From an uncultured Clostridia bacterium (GTDB lineage: Bacteria > Bacillota > Clostridia > Oscillospirales > Ruminococcaceae), in NCBI GenBank assembly GCA_947600065.1, contig CANQFZ010000004.1, positions 9,351 through 73,350 of the forward strand: DNA of 64,000 bases, read 5' to 3'. This document shows, piece by piece, positions 9,350-20,489 of the stretch (positions are counted from its first letter, which is position 1; every line of letters begins with the position of its first letter). The translations under genes and the position numbers were made by a program. Under the pieces are notes generated by a model. That model did no database searches and had not been told where the DNA came from. It saw nothing but the letters and a program-made list of their open reading frames with translations.

Positions 9350-9360
9350 AGGGTTTGCTT

Positions 9361-10785
9361 ATGGGCGGTTTTTTTGGAGCGGCTGTAAAAAGCAGCTGCG
9401 TAGATGATGTTTTTTTCGGCACTGACTATCATTCACATCTCGGCACAAGGCGCGGAGGAATGGCGGTCTATTCTCCCGAAAAGGGATTTCAGAGAAGTAT
9501 ACACAGCATTGAGAACTCGCCGTTCAGAACAAAGTTTGAAGAGGATATAGCCGATATGAAAGGCTCGCTCGGCATCGGCTGCATAAGCGACACCGATCCT
9601 CAGCCGATACTTCTGCGGTCGAGCCTCGGGAGCTATGCGGTCTGCAATGTCGGGATAATAAACAACGCCGAGGAGCTTTGCTCGGAGTTTTTAAACAGCA
9701 GCCACGCAAGCTTTGAAACAATGACGAGCGGGAAGCTCAATTCTTCGGCGCTTATCGGCGCGCTCATCTCGCAGAAAGAGAGCATTGCCGAGGGAATAAG
9801 ATACGCACAGGAAAGAATTATAGGTACCGTTTCTCTTATGGTGATGACCGAAAGCGGGATAATCGCGGCGCGCGATAAATTCGGAAGACTTCCGATCATA
9901 GTCGGGAAAAAGGACGACGGCTATTGCTTCTCGTCGGAGTCTTTCGCTTTTCAAAAGCTCGGCTATCAGACGGTAAAGGAACTTAAACCCGGAGAAATAG
10001 TAAAAATAACGGCAGATGGCGTTGAGGAACTTTATGCGGGAAATCCCGAAAATCTCAGGATATGCGCTTTTATGTGGACATATTACGGCTATCCCAACTC
10101 GGTCTACGAAAACATAAACGTCGAAACCATGCGCACGAGAAACGGCGAGATAATGGCGCAGTTCGACATTGACCACGGAACGCTTCCCGACGTTGACTAT
10201 GTGTGCGGAGTGCCCGATTCGGGAACGCCCCACGCGATAGGCTATGCAAACAGAAGCGGTATCCCGTTTGCAAGACCGTTTATAAAATACACTCCCACCT
10301 GGCCGCGCAGTTTTATGCCGCAAAGTCAGGCAATGAGAAACAAGGTCGCAAAGATGAAGCTTATCCCCGTTCACGAGCTTATCGAGGGGAAGAAGCTGCT
10401 GTTTGTCGACGACAGTATAGTAAGAGGCACACAGCTTAGAGAGACTGTTGAGTTTCTGTATGCGAACGGCGCAAAGGAAGTCCACATGAGAAGCGCCTGC
10501 CCGCCGATAATGTACGGCTGTAAATATCTCAATTTCTCGCGCAGCACGAGCGAGCTTGACCTTATAGCACGCAGGATAATAGACGAGTTTGAGGGCGCGG
10601 AGGGTACGAAATACATACTCGAATATTCAAGCCCCGAAACCGAGCGCGGAAAGAAACTGAGAGCGGAGATATGCAGAAGATTGAAACTCACGTCGCTTGA
10701 ATTCCAGTCTCTCGAGGGAGAAGTAAAGGCGATAGGTCTTTGCGAGGACAAGCTTTGCACCTATTGTTGGTCGGGAAAAGAATAA
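9361..10785 (+). CDS. Amidophosphoribosyltransferase paralog lacking the N-terminal catalytic Cys
   Basis: PurF-like throughout (VDDSIVRGT, Fe-S type cysteines) but starts MGGFFG instead of CGxxG. Confidence 0.85.
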   Translation: MGGFFGAAVKSSCVDDVFFGTDYHSHLGTRRGGMAVYSPEKGFQRSIHSIENSPFRTKFEEDIADMKGSLGIGCISDTDPQPILLRSSLGSYAVCNVGIINNAEELCSEFLNSSHASFETMTSGKLNSSALIGALISQKESIAEGIRYAQERIIGTVSLMVMTESGIIAARDKFGRLPIIVGKKDDGYCFSSESFAFQKLGYQTVKELKPGEIVKITADGVEELYAGNPENLRICAFMWTYYGYPNSVYENINVETMRTRNGEIMAQFDIDHGTLPDVDYVCGVPDSGTPHAIGYANRSGIPFARPFIKYTPTWPRSFMPQSQAMRNKVAKMKLIPVHELIEGKKLLFVDDSIVRGTQLRETVEFLYANGAKEVHMRSACPPIMYGCKYLNFSRSTSELDLIARRIIDEFEGAEGTKYILEYSSPETERGKKLRAEICRRLKLTSLEFQSLEGEVKAIGLCEDKLCTYCWSGKE

Positions 10786-10845
10786 AGACAGATAATATAT
10801 ATTCAAATAACGGGAGCGGAACATAAAGAGAAAGGCAAGGAGACT

Positions 10846-12270
10846 ATGTTCAACAACATTCATGAGGAATGTGGCGTTTTCGGAGTTTACAGCAATGCGC
10901 CCGTAAACGTTGCTCATCTGACTTATTTCGGGCTTTACGCGCTCCAGCACAGGGGTCAGGAAAGCTGCGGGATAGTCGTAAACGAGCGCGGCGTTTTCAG
11001 AACGCATAAGGGTCTTGGACTTGTAAACGAGGTTTTCAGCGAGCGGGAATTAAACGAGTTTGAGGACGGAAGAATTGCGGTAGGTCACGTCAGATATTCC
11101 ACGACGGGAAACGTAAATACCGCGAACTGCCAGCCCCTTACCGTAAGACACGTCAAAGGCTCTCTCGCCATAGCGCATAACGGAAATCTCGTAAACGCGC
11201 TTGAACTAAGGCGCGAATACGAGCTTAGAGGCGCTATTTTCCATACGACGAGCGATACAGAAGTCATTTCTTATGCGATAACACGCGAGAGACTGGAGTG
11301 CGGTTCGATACAGGAAGCTGTCGAGAGGGCGATGCACAAGATAAAGGGCGCTTATTCTCTGGTTATCATGTCGCCGAAGAAACTTATTGCGGCGCGCGAC
11401 CCGAACGGTTTTCGCCCGCTTTCGCTCGGAGTGCTTCCGAATGACGGAGGATACGTTGTCGCGAGCGAAACTTGCGCGTTCGACAGTATCGGCGCAAAGT
11501 TCTTGAGAGATATTGAGGCGGGAGAAATTGTCGTTATAGACGAAAACGGAATTGACAGCATAAAGACACATTGCGGCGGAAAAAGCTCGATGTGCGTTTT
11601 TGAATTTATTTATTTCGCAAGGCCTGATTCCGTCATAGAGGGTGCCTCTGTCCACAGAGCAAGGCTCAGAGCGGGGAACTATCTCGCGCTCGAACACCCC
11701 GTACAGGCGGACGTCGTTATAGGCTGCCCCGACAGCGGGCTTGACGCGGCGCTCGGATTTTCGCAGACCTCGGGTATTCCCTACGGCGTGGGTTTTATAA
11801 AGAACCGCTATATAGGCAGAACGTTTATCCAGCCCACTCAGGGCATGAGAGAAAACTCCGTGAAGATAAAGCTTAATGTTATCCGCGAAACTGTCGAGGG
11901 CAAGCGTGTTGTTCTCGTAGACGACAGCATTGTAAGAGGCACGACCTCCGCAAAGGTCGTAAAGCTTCTGAGAAACGCGGGAGCGAAAGAGATCCATATG
12001 CGCATAAGTTCCCCGCCGTTTATAAGCGAGTGCTTTTTCGGAACGGATATCGACAGCAAGGAAAACCTTATAGCAAACAAACATTCCGTTGAGGAAATAG
12101 CGAAGATAATAGGCGCGGACAGTCTCGGATTTTTAAGCACGGAGAATGTCATAAAGCTTGCGGAAAACGCAAAATGCGGATTTTGCAGGGGCTGTTTTAC
12201 GGGAGAATATCCGATAGAAGTTCCCGAAGAAAAGCCGAAGGATAAGTTTGAAACGAAGTTTCAGGAGTAG
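10846..12270 (+). CDS. purF: Amidophosphoribosyltransferase
   Basis: Propeptide MFNNIHEE then CGVFG; QHRGQE, GHVRYST and VDDSIVRGTT motifs; C-terminal CxxC. Confidence 0.97.
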   Translation: MFNNIHEECGVFGVYSNAPVNVAHLTYFGLYALQHRGQESCGIVVNERGVFRTHKGLGLVNEVFSERELNEFEDGRIAVGHVRYSTTGNVNTANCQPLTVRHVKGSLAIAHNGNLVNALELRREYELRGAIFHTTSDTEVISYAITRERLECGSIQEAVERAMHKIKGAYSLVIMSPKKLIAARDPNGFRPLSLGVLPNDGGYVVASETCAFDSIGAKFLRDIEAGEIVVIDENGIDSIKTHCGGKSSMCVFEFIYFARPDSVIEGASVHRARLRAGNYLALEHPVQADVVIGCPDSGLDAALGFSQTSGIPYGVGFIKNRYIGRTFIQPTQGMRENSVKIKLNVIRETVEGKRVVLVDDSIVRGTTSAKVVKLLRNAGAKEIHMRISSPPFISECFFGTDIDSKENLIANKHSVEEIAKIIGADSLGFLSTENVIKLAENAKCGFCRGCFTGEYPIEVPEEKPKDKFETKFQE

Positions 12271-12289
12271 TAATTAAAGGAGTATTGAG

Positions 12290-13327
12290 ATGAACAGTTA
12301 CAGCGAAAGCTACAAGGCGGCGGGCGTTGACGTTACGGCGGGATATGAGAGCGTAAGGCTCATAAAAGACGACGTAAAACGCACACAGATTCCCGGGTGT
12401 ATTTCGGGTATAGGCGGCTTCGGCGGTCTTTTTCAGCTTGACGTAAGCACAATGGCAGAGCCCGTCCTTGTTTCGGGAACAGACGGAGTCGGCACAAAGC
12501 TGAAGATCGCCATGCTTTTGAATAAGCATGACACCATAGGTATAGACTGCGTGGCGATGTGCGTAAACGACATAATCTGCTGCGGAGCTAAACCGCTGTA
12601 TTTTCTTGATTATATAGCAATAGGGAAGAACTATCCCGAAAAGGTAGCTTCAATTGTAAAGGGCGTTGCGGACGGCTGCGTTATGGCGGGCTGTGCGCTT
12701 ATAGGCGGCGAAACAGCCGAACACCCCGGAATGATGGCAGAGGACGAATACGACATTGCGGGCTATTCTACGGGCGTTGTGGATAAGTCGAAAATTATCG
12801 ACAACACAAAGATAAAGGCGGGAGACGCGATAATCGGCATTGCTTCGAGCGGCGTTCATTCAAACGGATTTTCGCTTGTAAGAAAGGTGTTCAATATAAA
12901 CGAGCAGAAGGTAAAGACGTTTGTTCCCGAGCTTAAAATGTCGCTCGGAGAAGCCCTTCTTACGCCTACGAAAATTTATGTAAAGCCCGTTCTTGACCTT
13001 ATCTCAAAGGTGAATGTAAAGGGAATTTCACATATAACGGGCGGCGGATTTTACGAGAATATCCCGCGTATGCTGCCAGAGGGAATTTCCGCAAAAATTA
13101 TGGCGAACAGCTGGCAGATACCCGAGATATTCGGCCTTATCCAAAAAGAGGGCAACATAACCGAACACGATATGTACAACACCTTCAACATGGGCATAGG
13201 AATGGCGATAGTCGTAGCGGACGAGGATAAGCAGAAAGCTGTCGATATTCTGAAAGAAAACGGCGAAGAAGCGCACATCATCGGCTCAACAGTCGAGGGA
13301 ACAGTCGGCGTTTTGTTTGGCTATTGA
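12290..13327 (+). CDS. purM: AIR synthase
   Basis: [29 protein letters not shown] and TFNMGIG motifs. Confidence 0.97.
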   Translation: MNSYSESYKAAGVDVTAGYESVRLIKDDVKRTQIPGCISGIGGFGGLFQLDVSTMAEPVLVSGTDGVGTKLKIAMLLNKHDTIGIDCVAMCVNDIICCGAKPLYFLDYIAIGKNYPEKVASIVKGVADGCVMAGCALIGGETAEHPGMMAEDEYDIAGYSTGVVDKSKIIDNTKIKAGDAIIGIASSGVHSNGFSLVRKVFNINEQKVKTFVPELKMSLGEALLTPTKIYVKPVLDLISKVNVKGISHITGGGFYENIPRMLPEGISAKIMANSWQIPEIFGLIQKEGNITEHDMYNTFNMGIGMAIVVADEDKQKAVDILKENGEEAHIIGSTVEGTVGVLFGY

Positions 13328-13872
13328 TAATGGGTTGCTTTGATTTTTTAACAAACAGGAAGAATTTTTCATCACCCTCCGAAATAGAGATAAATCTCAA
13401 AAATGACAGCATAGTCATAAACGGAGTATCTGTGGATATACCTACGGGCATAAGCTTTTTTGAGGATATTCTCGGAAGACCGCGCAGGGTCGATTATCCA
13501 AAACAGGACGACGAGTCTTATGATCTGCGACAGGTAAATTACACATGGGATAAGTTAGGACTGTGCTGTTATACAAAGGGCGGGACGGTCGTTTATTGCT
13601 TTGAAATAAGGCTCAACAAGGGCGATATAAGCCCCGAGCATTATCCCGCAGAGTTCTTTTCGGGAAAGCTTCTGATAAACGGCAAGGAGTGGCTGAAGGC
13701 GGTGAAAAACGCTCCGACTACGCCTATTGCTCTCGGCGAGCCCGAGTTTTTCAGAAAGCTTAAACTCGGACGTTACAGCGCGCTTGCGGAATACGTTGAT
13801 TTCATGCAGGACGAAAAAACGCGCACGGAAAAGGACTTTACGACAATTTCGGTTCAGCTTGAATATGATTGA
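13327..13872 (+). CDS. Hypothetical protein inserted between purM and purN
   Basis: 182-aa ORF abutting the purM stop; start codon uncertain (13324-13330). Confidence 0.7.
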   Translation: MMGCFDFLTNRKNFSSPSEIEINLKNDSIVINGVSVDIPTGISFFEDILGRPRRVDYPKQDDESYDLRQVNYTWDKLGLCCYTKGGTVVYCFEIRLNKGDISPEHYPAEFFSGKLLINGKEWLKAVKNAPTTPIALGEPEFFRKLKLGRYSALAEYVDFMQDEKTRTEKDFTTISVQLEYD

Positions 13873-13882
13873 GGTGAACATT

Positions 13883-14509
13883 ATGAAAAACATTGTAGTC
13901 ATGGTGTCGGGCGGCGGCACGAATTTACAGGCGCTTATCGACGCGCAGACACGAGGAGAAATAAAGGGCGGTCATATAACCTGCGTCATTTCTTCCAGAG
14001 CCGACGCTTACGCTCTTGAAAGAGCGAAGAACGCGGGGATAAATACCGTTGTGCTTGCAAGAAAGGAATATCCCGACAGCAAGACCTACAGCAAGGCTGT
14101 TCTTGACGAACTCAACAGGCAGAAAGCCGACCTTGTAGTCCTCGCGGGATTTATGACGATACTCGACGAGTGCGTTACAAAGGCGTATCCGTATAAGATA
14201 ATAAACGTTCACCCCGCGCTTATCCCGAGCTTTTGCGGCGAGGGATATTACGGGCTGAAGGTGCATGAGGCGGCGCTCAATTACGGCGTTAAGGTCTCGG
14301 GCGCGACGGTACATTTCGTAAACGAAAAAGCCGACGCGGGCGCGATAATCCTACAGGGAACGGTCGAAGTAAAGAGCGACGACACTCCCGAAATTCTCCA
14401 GCGCAGGATAATGGAAAACGTCGAGTGGAAATTATTGCCGAAAGCGGTCTCGCTGTTCTGCGAGGACAGGATAACCATTCGCGACGGAAAGGCTTATGTA
14501 GATGTGTGA
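13883..14509 (+). CDS. purN: GAR transformylase
   Basis: VSGGGTNLQAL, LAGFM and INVHPALIP motifs; RBS GAGGTG before ATG 13883. Confidence 0.97.
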   Translation: MKNIVVMVSGGGTNLQALIDAQTRGEIKGGHITCVISSRADAYALERAKNAGINTVVLARKEYPDSKTYSKAVLDELNRQKADLVVLAGFMTILDECVTKAYPYKIINVHPALIPSFCGEGYYGLKVHEAALNYGVKVSGATVHFVNEKADAGAIILQGTVEVKSDDTPEILQRRIMENVEWKLLPKAVSLFCEDRITIRDGKAYVDV

Positions 14510-14774
14510 GCGATGTTCACAGCTTAAACTTGTAAGCTGTTTTCATTCGCCGCGGGAGTATATGCAGACGGTGGAATATATCAAGGGGCTTATCTCAAGC
14601 GGCGATTTTTCGCTTGTTTCGGGAAACTGTCCGATCGACGAGGTAAAGGACGAAAATGGGAAGTTTGCTGACGATATAATTTATCATCTCATTCGCTGCA
14701 AAACTTGCGGGCAGGAATTTTCCTGCTGTGTAAACACCTATCGCGGCGGGGGAAGTTTTTCAAAAGGAAGATAA
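14502..14774 (+). CDS. Small Cys-rich hypothetical protein (CxxC...CxxC)
   Basis: 90 aa with CERC and CKTC; start overlaps the purN stop. Confidence 0.7.
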   Translation: MCERCSQLKLVSCFHSPREYMQTVEYIKGLISSGDFSLVSGNCPIDEVKDENGKFADDIIYHLIRCKTCGQEFSCCVNTYRGGGSFSKGR

Positions 14775-14778
14775 CGTT

Positions 14779-15291
14779 ATGAGCGACTATTCACTTCGCG
14801 AAAGCGAAAAATATTTCAACAGGCTTGAGGGCGTTTTAAATTCAAAACTTTTCGGCGGCAATTATCGCTTTGAAGCCAAGAACTCCGAAGAAGCATACGC
14901 CGAGCGCAGCGCAAAATATTTTGAGGAGCTGACGCTCGAAAACAATGTGTTTGCCGAGCTTGTCGATTCGGGGATAAGCTACGTTATGGATCTCCTCGAC
15001 GAGCGCGGAGACGAGTTCGATTTGGGAGAGGACGTAGACGAGCTTGACAGAGAGGGATTTATAAGGCTCTGCGAGCCTGTTACCATCGTATTTGAGCCGA
15101 GCGAGGTCCTTGTAGAGGCGTTTGATCTTCCCATAGCGTTCAGCATTAAAATGCATCTTAGGGCAGTGCCCGACGAGCTTTTTGAAATGGCAATGACAGA
15201 ACATAGAGCAATATACGTCGGAGAATACCGCGGCGTTTCTCCGTGGAACGACAAGTTGTTAAAGAAGAAGTGGAATTACATAGGAAAGTAA
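14779..15291 (+). CDS. Acidic hypothetical protein
   Basis: 170 aa, closely coupled to its neighbours. Confidence 0.7.
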   Translation: MSDYSLRESEKYFNRLEGVLNSKLFGGNYRFEAKNSEEAYAERSAKYFEELTLENNVFAELVDSGISYVMDLLDERGDEFDLGEDVDELDREGFIRLCEPVTIVFEPSEVLVEAFDLPIAFSIKMHLRAVPDELFEMAMTEHRAIYVGEYRGVSPWNDKLLKKKWNYIGK

Positions 15292-15303
15292 AAGGAGATA
15301 ATT

Positions 15304-16541
<1,238 letters not shown>

Positions 16542-16556
16542 GGAAGGAATACTGTT

Positions 16557-17051
16557 ATGGAGCTTATATGTAAGGCAAGCGCGAAATACGCGCCGCTTAT
16601 GAACGAAGTCTGCGAACCGCTTTTTGAGTTGTTAAGACAACAGTCTGCGCTTGAAAAGGAAATATTCGAGCGCGACGAACAGCTTGAAAGCGAAAAAGAA
16701 AAGGCGGGAATCCCCTCATATCAGACCGCTCCGGGCTGGAAAGAACTGATGAAAGAATACCGCGAGAGAATGTATTCTCTGCTAAAGCCAAACTGCACCG
16801 ACAAACTGTTGTCGCGCGGTTATGCGGGGCAATACGGAAATCCGCAGAAGTTCGGCTATCTGAATGGGGACTGCGTTGTTGAATTTAAAATGCGCTATGC
16901 GGATAAAGCGAGCGTTGAAACGCATTACACAAAGGCAGGTCTTGCGCAAAAGCATAAAATCGTAATAAGACTAACAGACGGCAGATGGCTTGTTGACGAG
17001 TTATATTACGGCTTTGAAAAAGAAAAAAGCTGGCATAGCAGTGGATTTTAA
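16557..17051 (+). CDS. Hypothetical protein, possibly NTF2-fold immunity-like
   Basis: 164 aa with RBS GAGGAAGG; family resemblance is from memory only. Confidence 0.6.
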   Translation: MELICKASAKYAPLMNEVCEPLFELLRQQSALEKEIFERDEQLESEKEKAGIPSYQTAPGWKELMKEYRERMYSLLKPNCTDKLLSRGYAGQYGNPQKFGYLNGDCVVEFKMRYADKASVETHYTKAGLAQKHKIVIRLTDGRWLVDELYYGFEKEKSWHSSGF

Positions 17052-17061
17052 GGAGGACAAT

Positions 17062-18240
17062 ATGAACGAACTGGAACTTAAATACGGCTGTAACCCAAAT
17101 CAGAAGCCGTCAAGGATTTTTATGGAAAACGGCAAGGATCTGCCTATAGAGGTGCTTAACGGCAGACCGGGCTATATCAACTTTATGGACGCCTTTAACG
17201 GCTGGCAGCTTGTAAAGGAACTGAAAAAAGCAACGGGAATGCCCGCCGCAACTTCCTTCAAGCACGTTTCGCCCGCGGGCGCGGCTATAGGACTTCCGCT
17301 TTCGGAAACCCTCGCAAAAATATACTGGGTCGATGATTTAGGCGAGCTTTCGCCGCTTGCTTGCGCATATGCAAGAGCAAGAGGCGCTGACAGAATGTCA
17401 AGCTACGGCGATTTTATCGCGCTTTCGGACGTCTGCGACGCTTCTACCGCGAGAATTATAGCGCGCGAAGTGTCTGATGGCGTTATCGCTCCCGACTATG
17501 ACAAGGACGCTCTTGAAATTTTAAAGTCCAAGAGAAAAGGAACATATAATGTCATAAAGATAGACCCCGATTATATCCCCGAACAGATCGAGCGTAAGCA
17601 GGTGTTCGGAATTACTTTTGAGCAGGGAAGAAACGAGCTTGTGATAAATGACGACCTTTTCGCGAATATCCCGACAAAGAACAAGGATATCCCAAAGGCG
17701 GCGCGCGACGACCTTGCGCTTGCGCTTATCACGCTTAAATATACACAGTCAAACTCCGTCGCATACGCTTCGGGCGGTCAGGCGATAGGCATAGGCGCAG
17801 GACAGCAGTCTAGAATACACTGCACGCGCCTTGCGGGAACAAAGGCTGACAACTGGTATTTAAGGCAATCTCCCACAGTCATGGAGCTTCAGTTTGTAGA
17901 CGATATACGCCGCGCAGACCGCGACAACGCGATCGACCTCTACATCGGCGACGACTATATGGACGTTCTCGCAGACGGTGCATGGCAGAAGATATTCAAG
18001 GTAAAGCCCGAAGTATTTACCCGTGAGAAAAAGCGCGAGTGGCTCGACACAATGAAAGGAACGGCATTAGGCTCCGACGCGTTTTTCCCGTTCGGCGACA
18101 ACATAGAGCGCGCTCACAAAAGCGGCGTTATGTATATCGCACAGCCCGGCGGCTCTATCCGCGACGACAACGTTATTGAGACCTGCGATAAATACGGCAT
18201 AGCGATGGCGTTTACAGGCATAAGACTTTTCCACCATTGA
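17062..18240 (+). CDS. purH: AICAR transformylase (PurH formyltransferase domain only)
   Basis: LKYGCNPNQ, SFKHVSPAG, KYTQSNSV and SDAFFPF...QPGGS motifs; no N-terminal cyclohydrolase domain; RBS AAGGAGG. Confidence 0.92.
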   Translation: MNELELKYGCNPNQKPSRIFMENGKDLPIEVLNGRPGYINFMDAFNGWQLVKELKKATGMPAATSFKHVSPAGAAIGLPLSETLAKIYWVDDLGELSPLACAYARARGADRMSSYGDFIALSDVCDASTARIIAREVSDGVIAPDYDKDALEILKSKRKGTYNVIKIDPDYIPEQIERKQVFGITFEQGRNELVINDDLFANIPTKNKDIPKAARDDLALALITLKYTQSNSVAYASGGQAIGIGAGQQSRIHCTRLAGTKADNWYLRQSPTVMELQFVDDIRRADRDNAIDLYIGDDYMDVLADGAWQKIFKVKPEVFTREKKREWLDTMKGTALGSDAFFPFGDNIERAHKSGVMYIAQPGGSIRDDNVIETCDKYGIAMAFTGIRLFHH

Positions 18241-18254
18241 TCTGTTGTACATTC

Positions 18255-18282
18255 AAAAGCGGCGGAGCGTTTCGCCGCTTTT
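18255..18282 (+). terminator. Terminator after the pur operon
   Basis: AAAAGCGGCG-loop-CGCCGCTTTT. Confidence 0.7.
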
Positions 18283-18318
18283 AAGGTTTTTATTCCCGAA
18301 CGGCGAAGGAGAAAGAAA

Positions 18319-19056
18319 ATGCGAAACCTGAAAGTGTTTATTTCCTATAACGGCGCGGATTATCACGGTTTTCAGCGCCAGGACAACGCCCTCACCGTTC
18401 AGGAGGTCGTAGAAAATGCGCTCGGAAAGCTCTTGCAAACAGCGCCGCCCGTTATATACGGCTGTTCAAGGACAGACGCGGGAGTTCACGCAAGGCGCTT
18501 TTGCTTTAATGTCAAGATTGAAAACAACATTCCCTGCGGCGGCTTTGTAAAAGGCTTAAATGCGCTTCTGCCCGACAATATTGCGGTATTATCCTGCGAA
18601 GAAGCCGACGGCGACTTTCACGCGCGTTTCTGCACAAAAGCCAAGGAGTATGTTTATCTTATAAATAACAAGCCTCTCCGCGATGTTTTTCTTCCCGCTT
18701 ATCATTATCCGCTCCCGCTCAATATTGAGAAAATGAGAGAAGCGGCAAAACTGTTTTTGGGCGAGCATGACTTTGCGGCATTCTGCCGCGCGGAGGGCAA
18801 AAAGCGGGTAAATTCAACGGTAAGAACGGTCTATTCTCTTTCGGTGGAAAATGCCGAGGGAATTGTGGAAATAAAGATAAAAGGAAACGGCTTTTTATAC
18901 AATATGGTGAGAATAATCGCAGGCACTCTCGTTTATATAAGCGAGGGAAAGAGAACGCTTTCGGACATAGAAAATGCCCTTAAAACAGGCGACCGCGAGC
19001 TTGCGGGAATGACTCTCCCGCCCTGCGGACTTTATCTGAATGAGATTTTTTATTAG
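18319..19056 (+). CDS. truA: tRNA pseudouridine(38-40) synthase
   Basis: YNGADYHGFQRQ, GCSRTDAGVHA and GFLYNMVRII motifs. Confidence 0.95.
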   Translation: MRNLKVFISYNGADYHGFQRQDNALTVQEVVENALGKLLQTAPPVIYGCSRTDAGVHARRFCFNVKIENNIPCGGFVKGLNALLPDNIAVLSCEEADGDFHARFCTKAKEYVYLINNKPLRDVFLPAYHYPLPLNIEKMREAAKLFLGEHDFAAFCRAEGKKRVNSTVRTVYSLSVENAEGIVEIKIKGNGFLYNMVRIIAGTLVYISEGKRTLSDIENALKTGDRELAGMTLPPCGLYLNEIFY

Positions 19057-19059
19057 CAC

Positions 19060-19089
19060 TTGACTTATAACATACATTTGTGGTATAAT
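19060..19089 (+). promoter_or_regulatory. SigA promoter with extended -10
   Basis: TTGACT-18 nt-TATAAT with TG upstream of the -10. Confidence 0.6.
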
Positions 19090-19123
19090 AAATAAGATAA
19101 GGTTATATTTGGGGAAATATATT

Positions 19124-19303
19124 CAGACTGTATATAAAGCCCCATCTGCGTTGTATGGTTATCCGCCAAAGCGGATGACACGGTCACATGCAACAGCCAC
19201 AAAGGCTAGTTGCAGTAACGCTTCAGCGTTGTACGCAAAGCGTCCAATGCGTGCATACTGGGACTTTCTATACAGTCTGAAACTTGACTTTTTATACAGA
19301 ATG
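19124..19303 (+). mobile_element. MITE-like repeat copy 3 (long form, modules A+B, 180 bp)
   Basis: Same termini; TATATT duplicated on both sides. Confidence 0.85.
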
Positions 19304-20479
19304 TATATTATCGGGGAATGGCGGTGGTTCTTTACGGAAAATAATGACAACAAAAAAGTCGATTTAAAAGAAGTTATAAAAAAGAAAAAACAAAAAACGT
19401 TTATTATAAGGACAATTGTCGTTGCGGTCGTTGCTGTGGCGATAGTTCTTGTTGTGGTGAACTGGGAGAAGATAATAGCCCCGTTCCATGATATAGCGGT
19501 AAACGCGGGAAAGGGCGGCTTTCCCGTGGAGCTTCCGGGAAGTACGTCCTATGTTATGGACAGTCTGGGGGATAATTTCTATCTTCTGACGGATACCTAT
19601 GTCTATACATTTACCGACGAGGGCGGTCAGATAGCAAGCATACAGCACGGCTTCAGAGAGCCCAGCGTTGTTTCGGGCGACAAGCGCCTGCTCGTTTTCG
19701 ACAAGAACGGAAAGGGCTTTAAGGTCTATTCCAGAAACGAAGAAGTATATTCAAAGACGCTCGATGATACTATAGTTTTCGCGGCAATAGGCAAAAACGA
19801 GCGCTCCGCTGTAGTAACAACTGCTTCTCGTTATTCAAACTATCTGTGCGTCTTTAATGACGAGGGAAAACAGATCTTCCGCTATGCGTCGCCTACCGAA
19901 AGAATAATGCAGGTGTGCTTTTCCGATGATGAAAATTATGTTTATCTAACGGTAGTAGGAGAGAAAAACGGCGAGTTTATCACAGAAGTTATGTGCTTTG
20001 ATATAACCAAAGAACAGGACGCTCTCTGGAGACAGAGCATAGGAAACGTTCTGCCGTATTCCCTCGAATGCTGCCCCGACGGGATATATGGCGTAACGGA
20101 AAACGGCTTGTTTTTACTGAATGCTTCGGACGGAACAGTTAAAGCTCAGAATACGTTTTCAAAGGCCGTTATGGGCATAGGCAAAACCAAAGGAGAAAGA
20201 ATAATTTTCTTCCGTGATACAGCCGTTAACGGACAGACGGCTGTCGTATACAATGATGACCTTTCCGCAAAAAACAGCAAGTCATTTTCCGAGCTCTCGT
20301 CATTTGATGTAAACGGCGGAGTGCTTTATGTGCTTTCGGGAAATAAGCTCACGGCTTATTCAAATTCACTTCAGAACGAAAAGGTATACGACCTTGATGA
20401 TGATTATTCAAAAGTGAAGATAATAGGAGATCATGCGTATCTTCTTGGTTATAACCGTGTTCAGCGGATATCCCTGTAA
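19301..20479 (+). CDS. Membrane-anchored beta-propeller-like protein (DUF5711-like)
   Basis: Lys-rich N-terminus, one TM helix, beta-rich remainder; precedes a CvpA-like gene; start codon ambiguous (see findings). Confidence 0.7.
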   Translation: MYIIGEWRWFFTENNDNKKVDLKEVIKKKKQKTFIIRTIVVAVVAVAIVLVVVNWEKIIAPFHDIAVNAGKGGFPVELPGSTSYVMDSLGDNFYLLTDTYVYTFTDEGGQIASIQHGFREPSVVSGDKRLLVFDKNGKGFKVYSRNEEVYSKTLDDTIVFAAIGKNERSAVVTTASRYSNYLCVFNDEGKQIFRYASPTERIMQVCFSDDENYVYLTVVGEKNGEFITEVMCFDITKEQDALWRQSIGNVLPYSLECCPDGIYGVTENGLFLLNASDGTVKAQNTFSKAVMGIGKTKGERIIFFRDTAVNGQTAVVYNDDLSAKNSKSFSELSSFDVNGGVLYVLSGNKLTAYSNSLQNEKVYDLDDDYSKVKIIGDHAYLLGYNRVQRISL

Positions 20480-20489
20480 GGAGTGAAAA

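Noticed and set aside
19109-19300. ORF-track N-terminal extension of the DUF5711-like gene from TTG 19109
   Set aside because: It is translated MITE sequence with no RBS; kept only as a caveat on the start site
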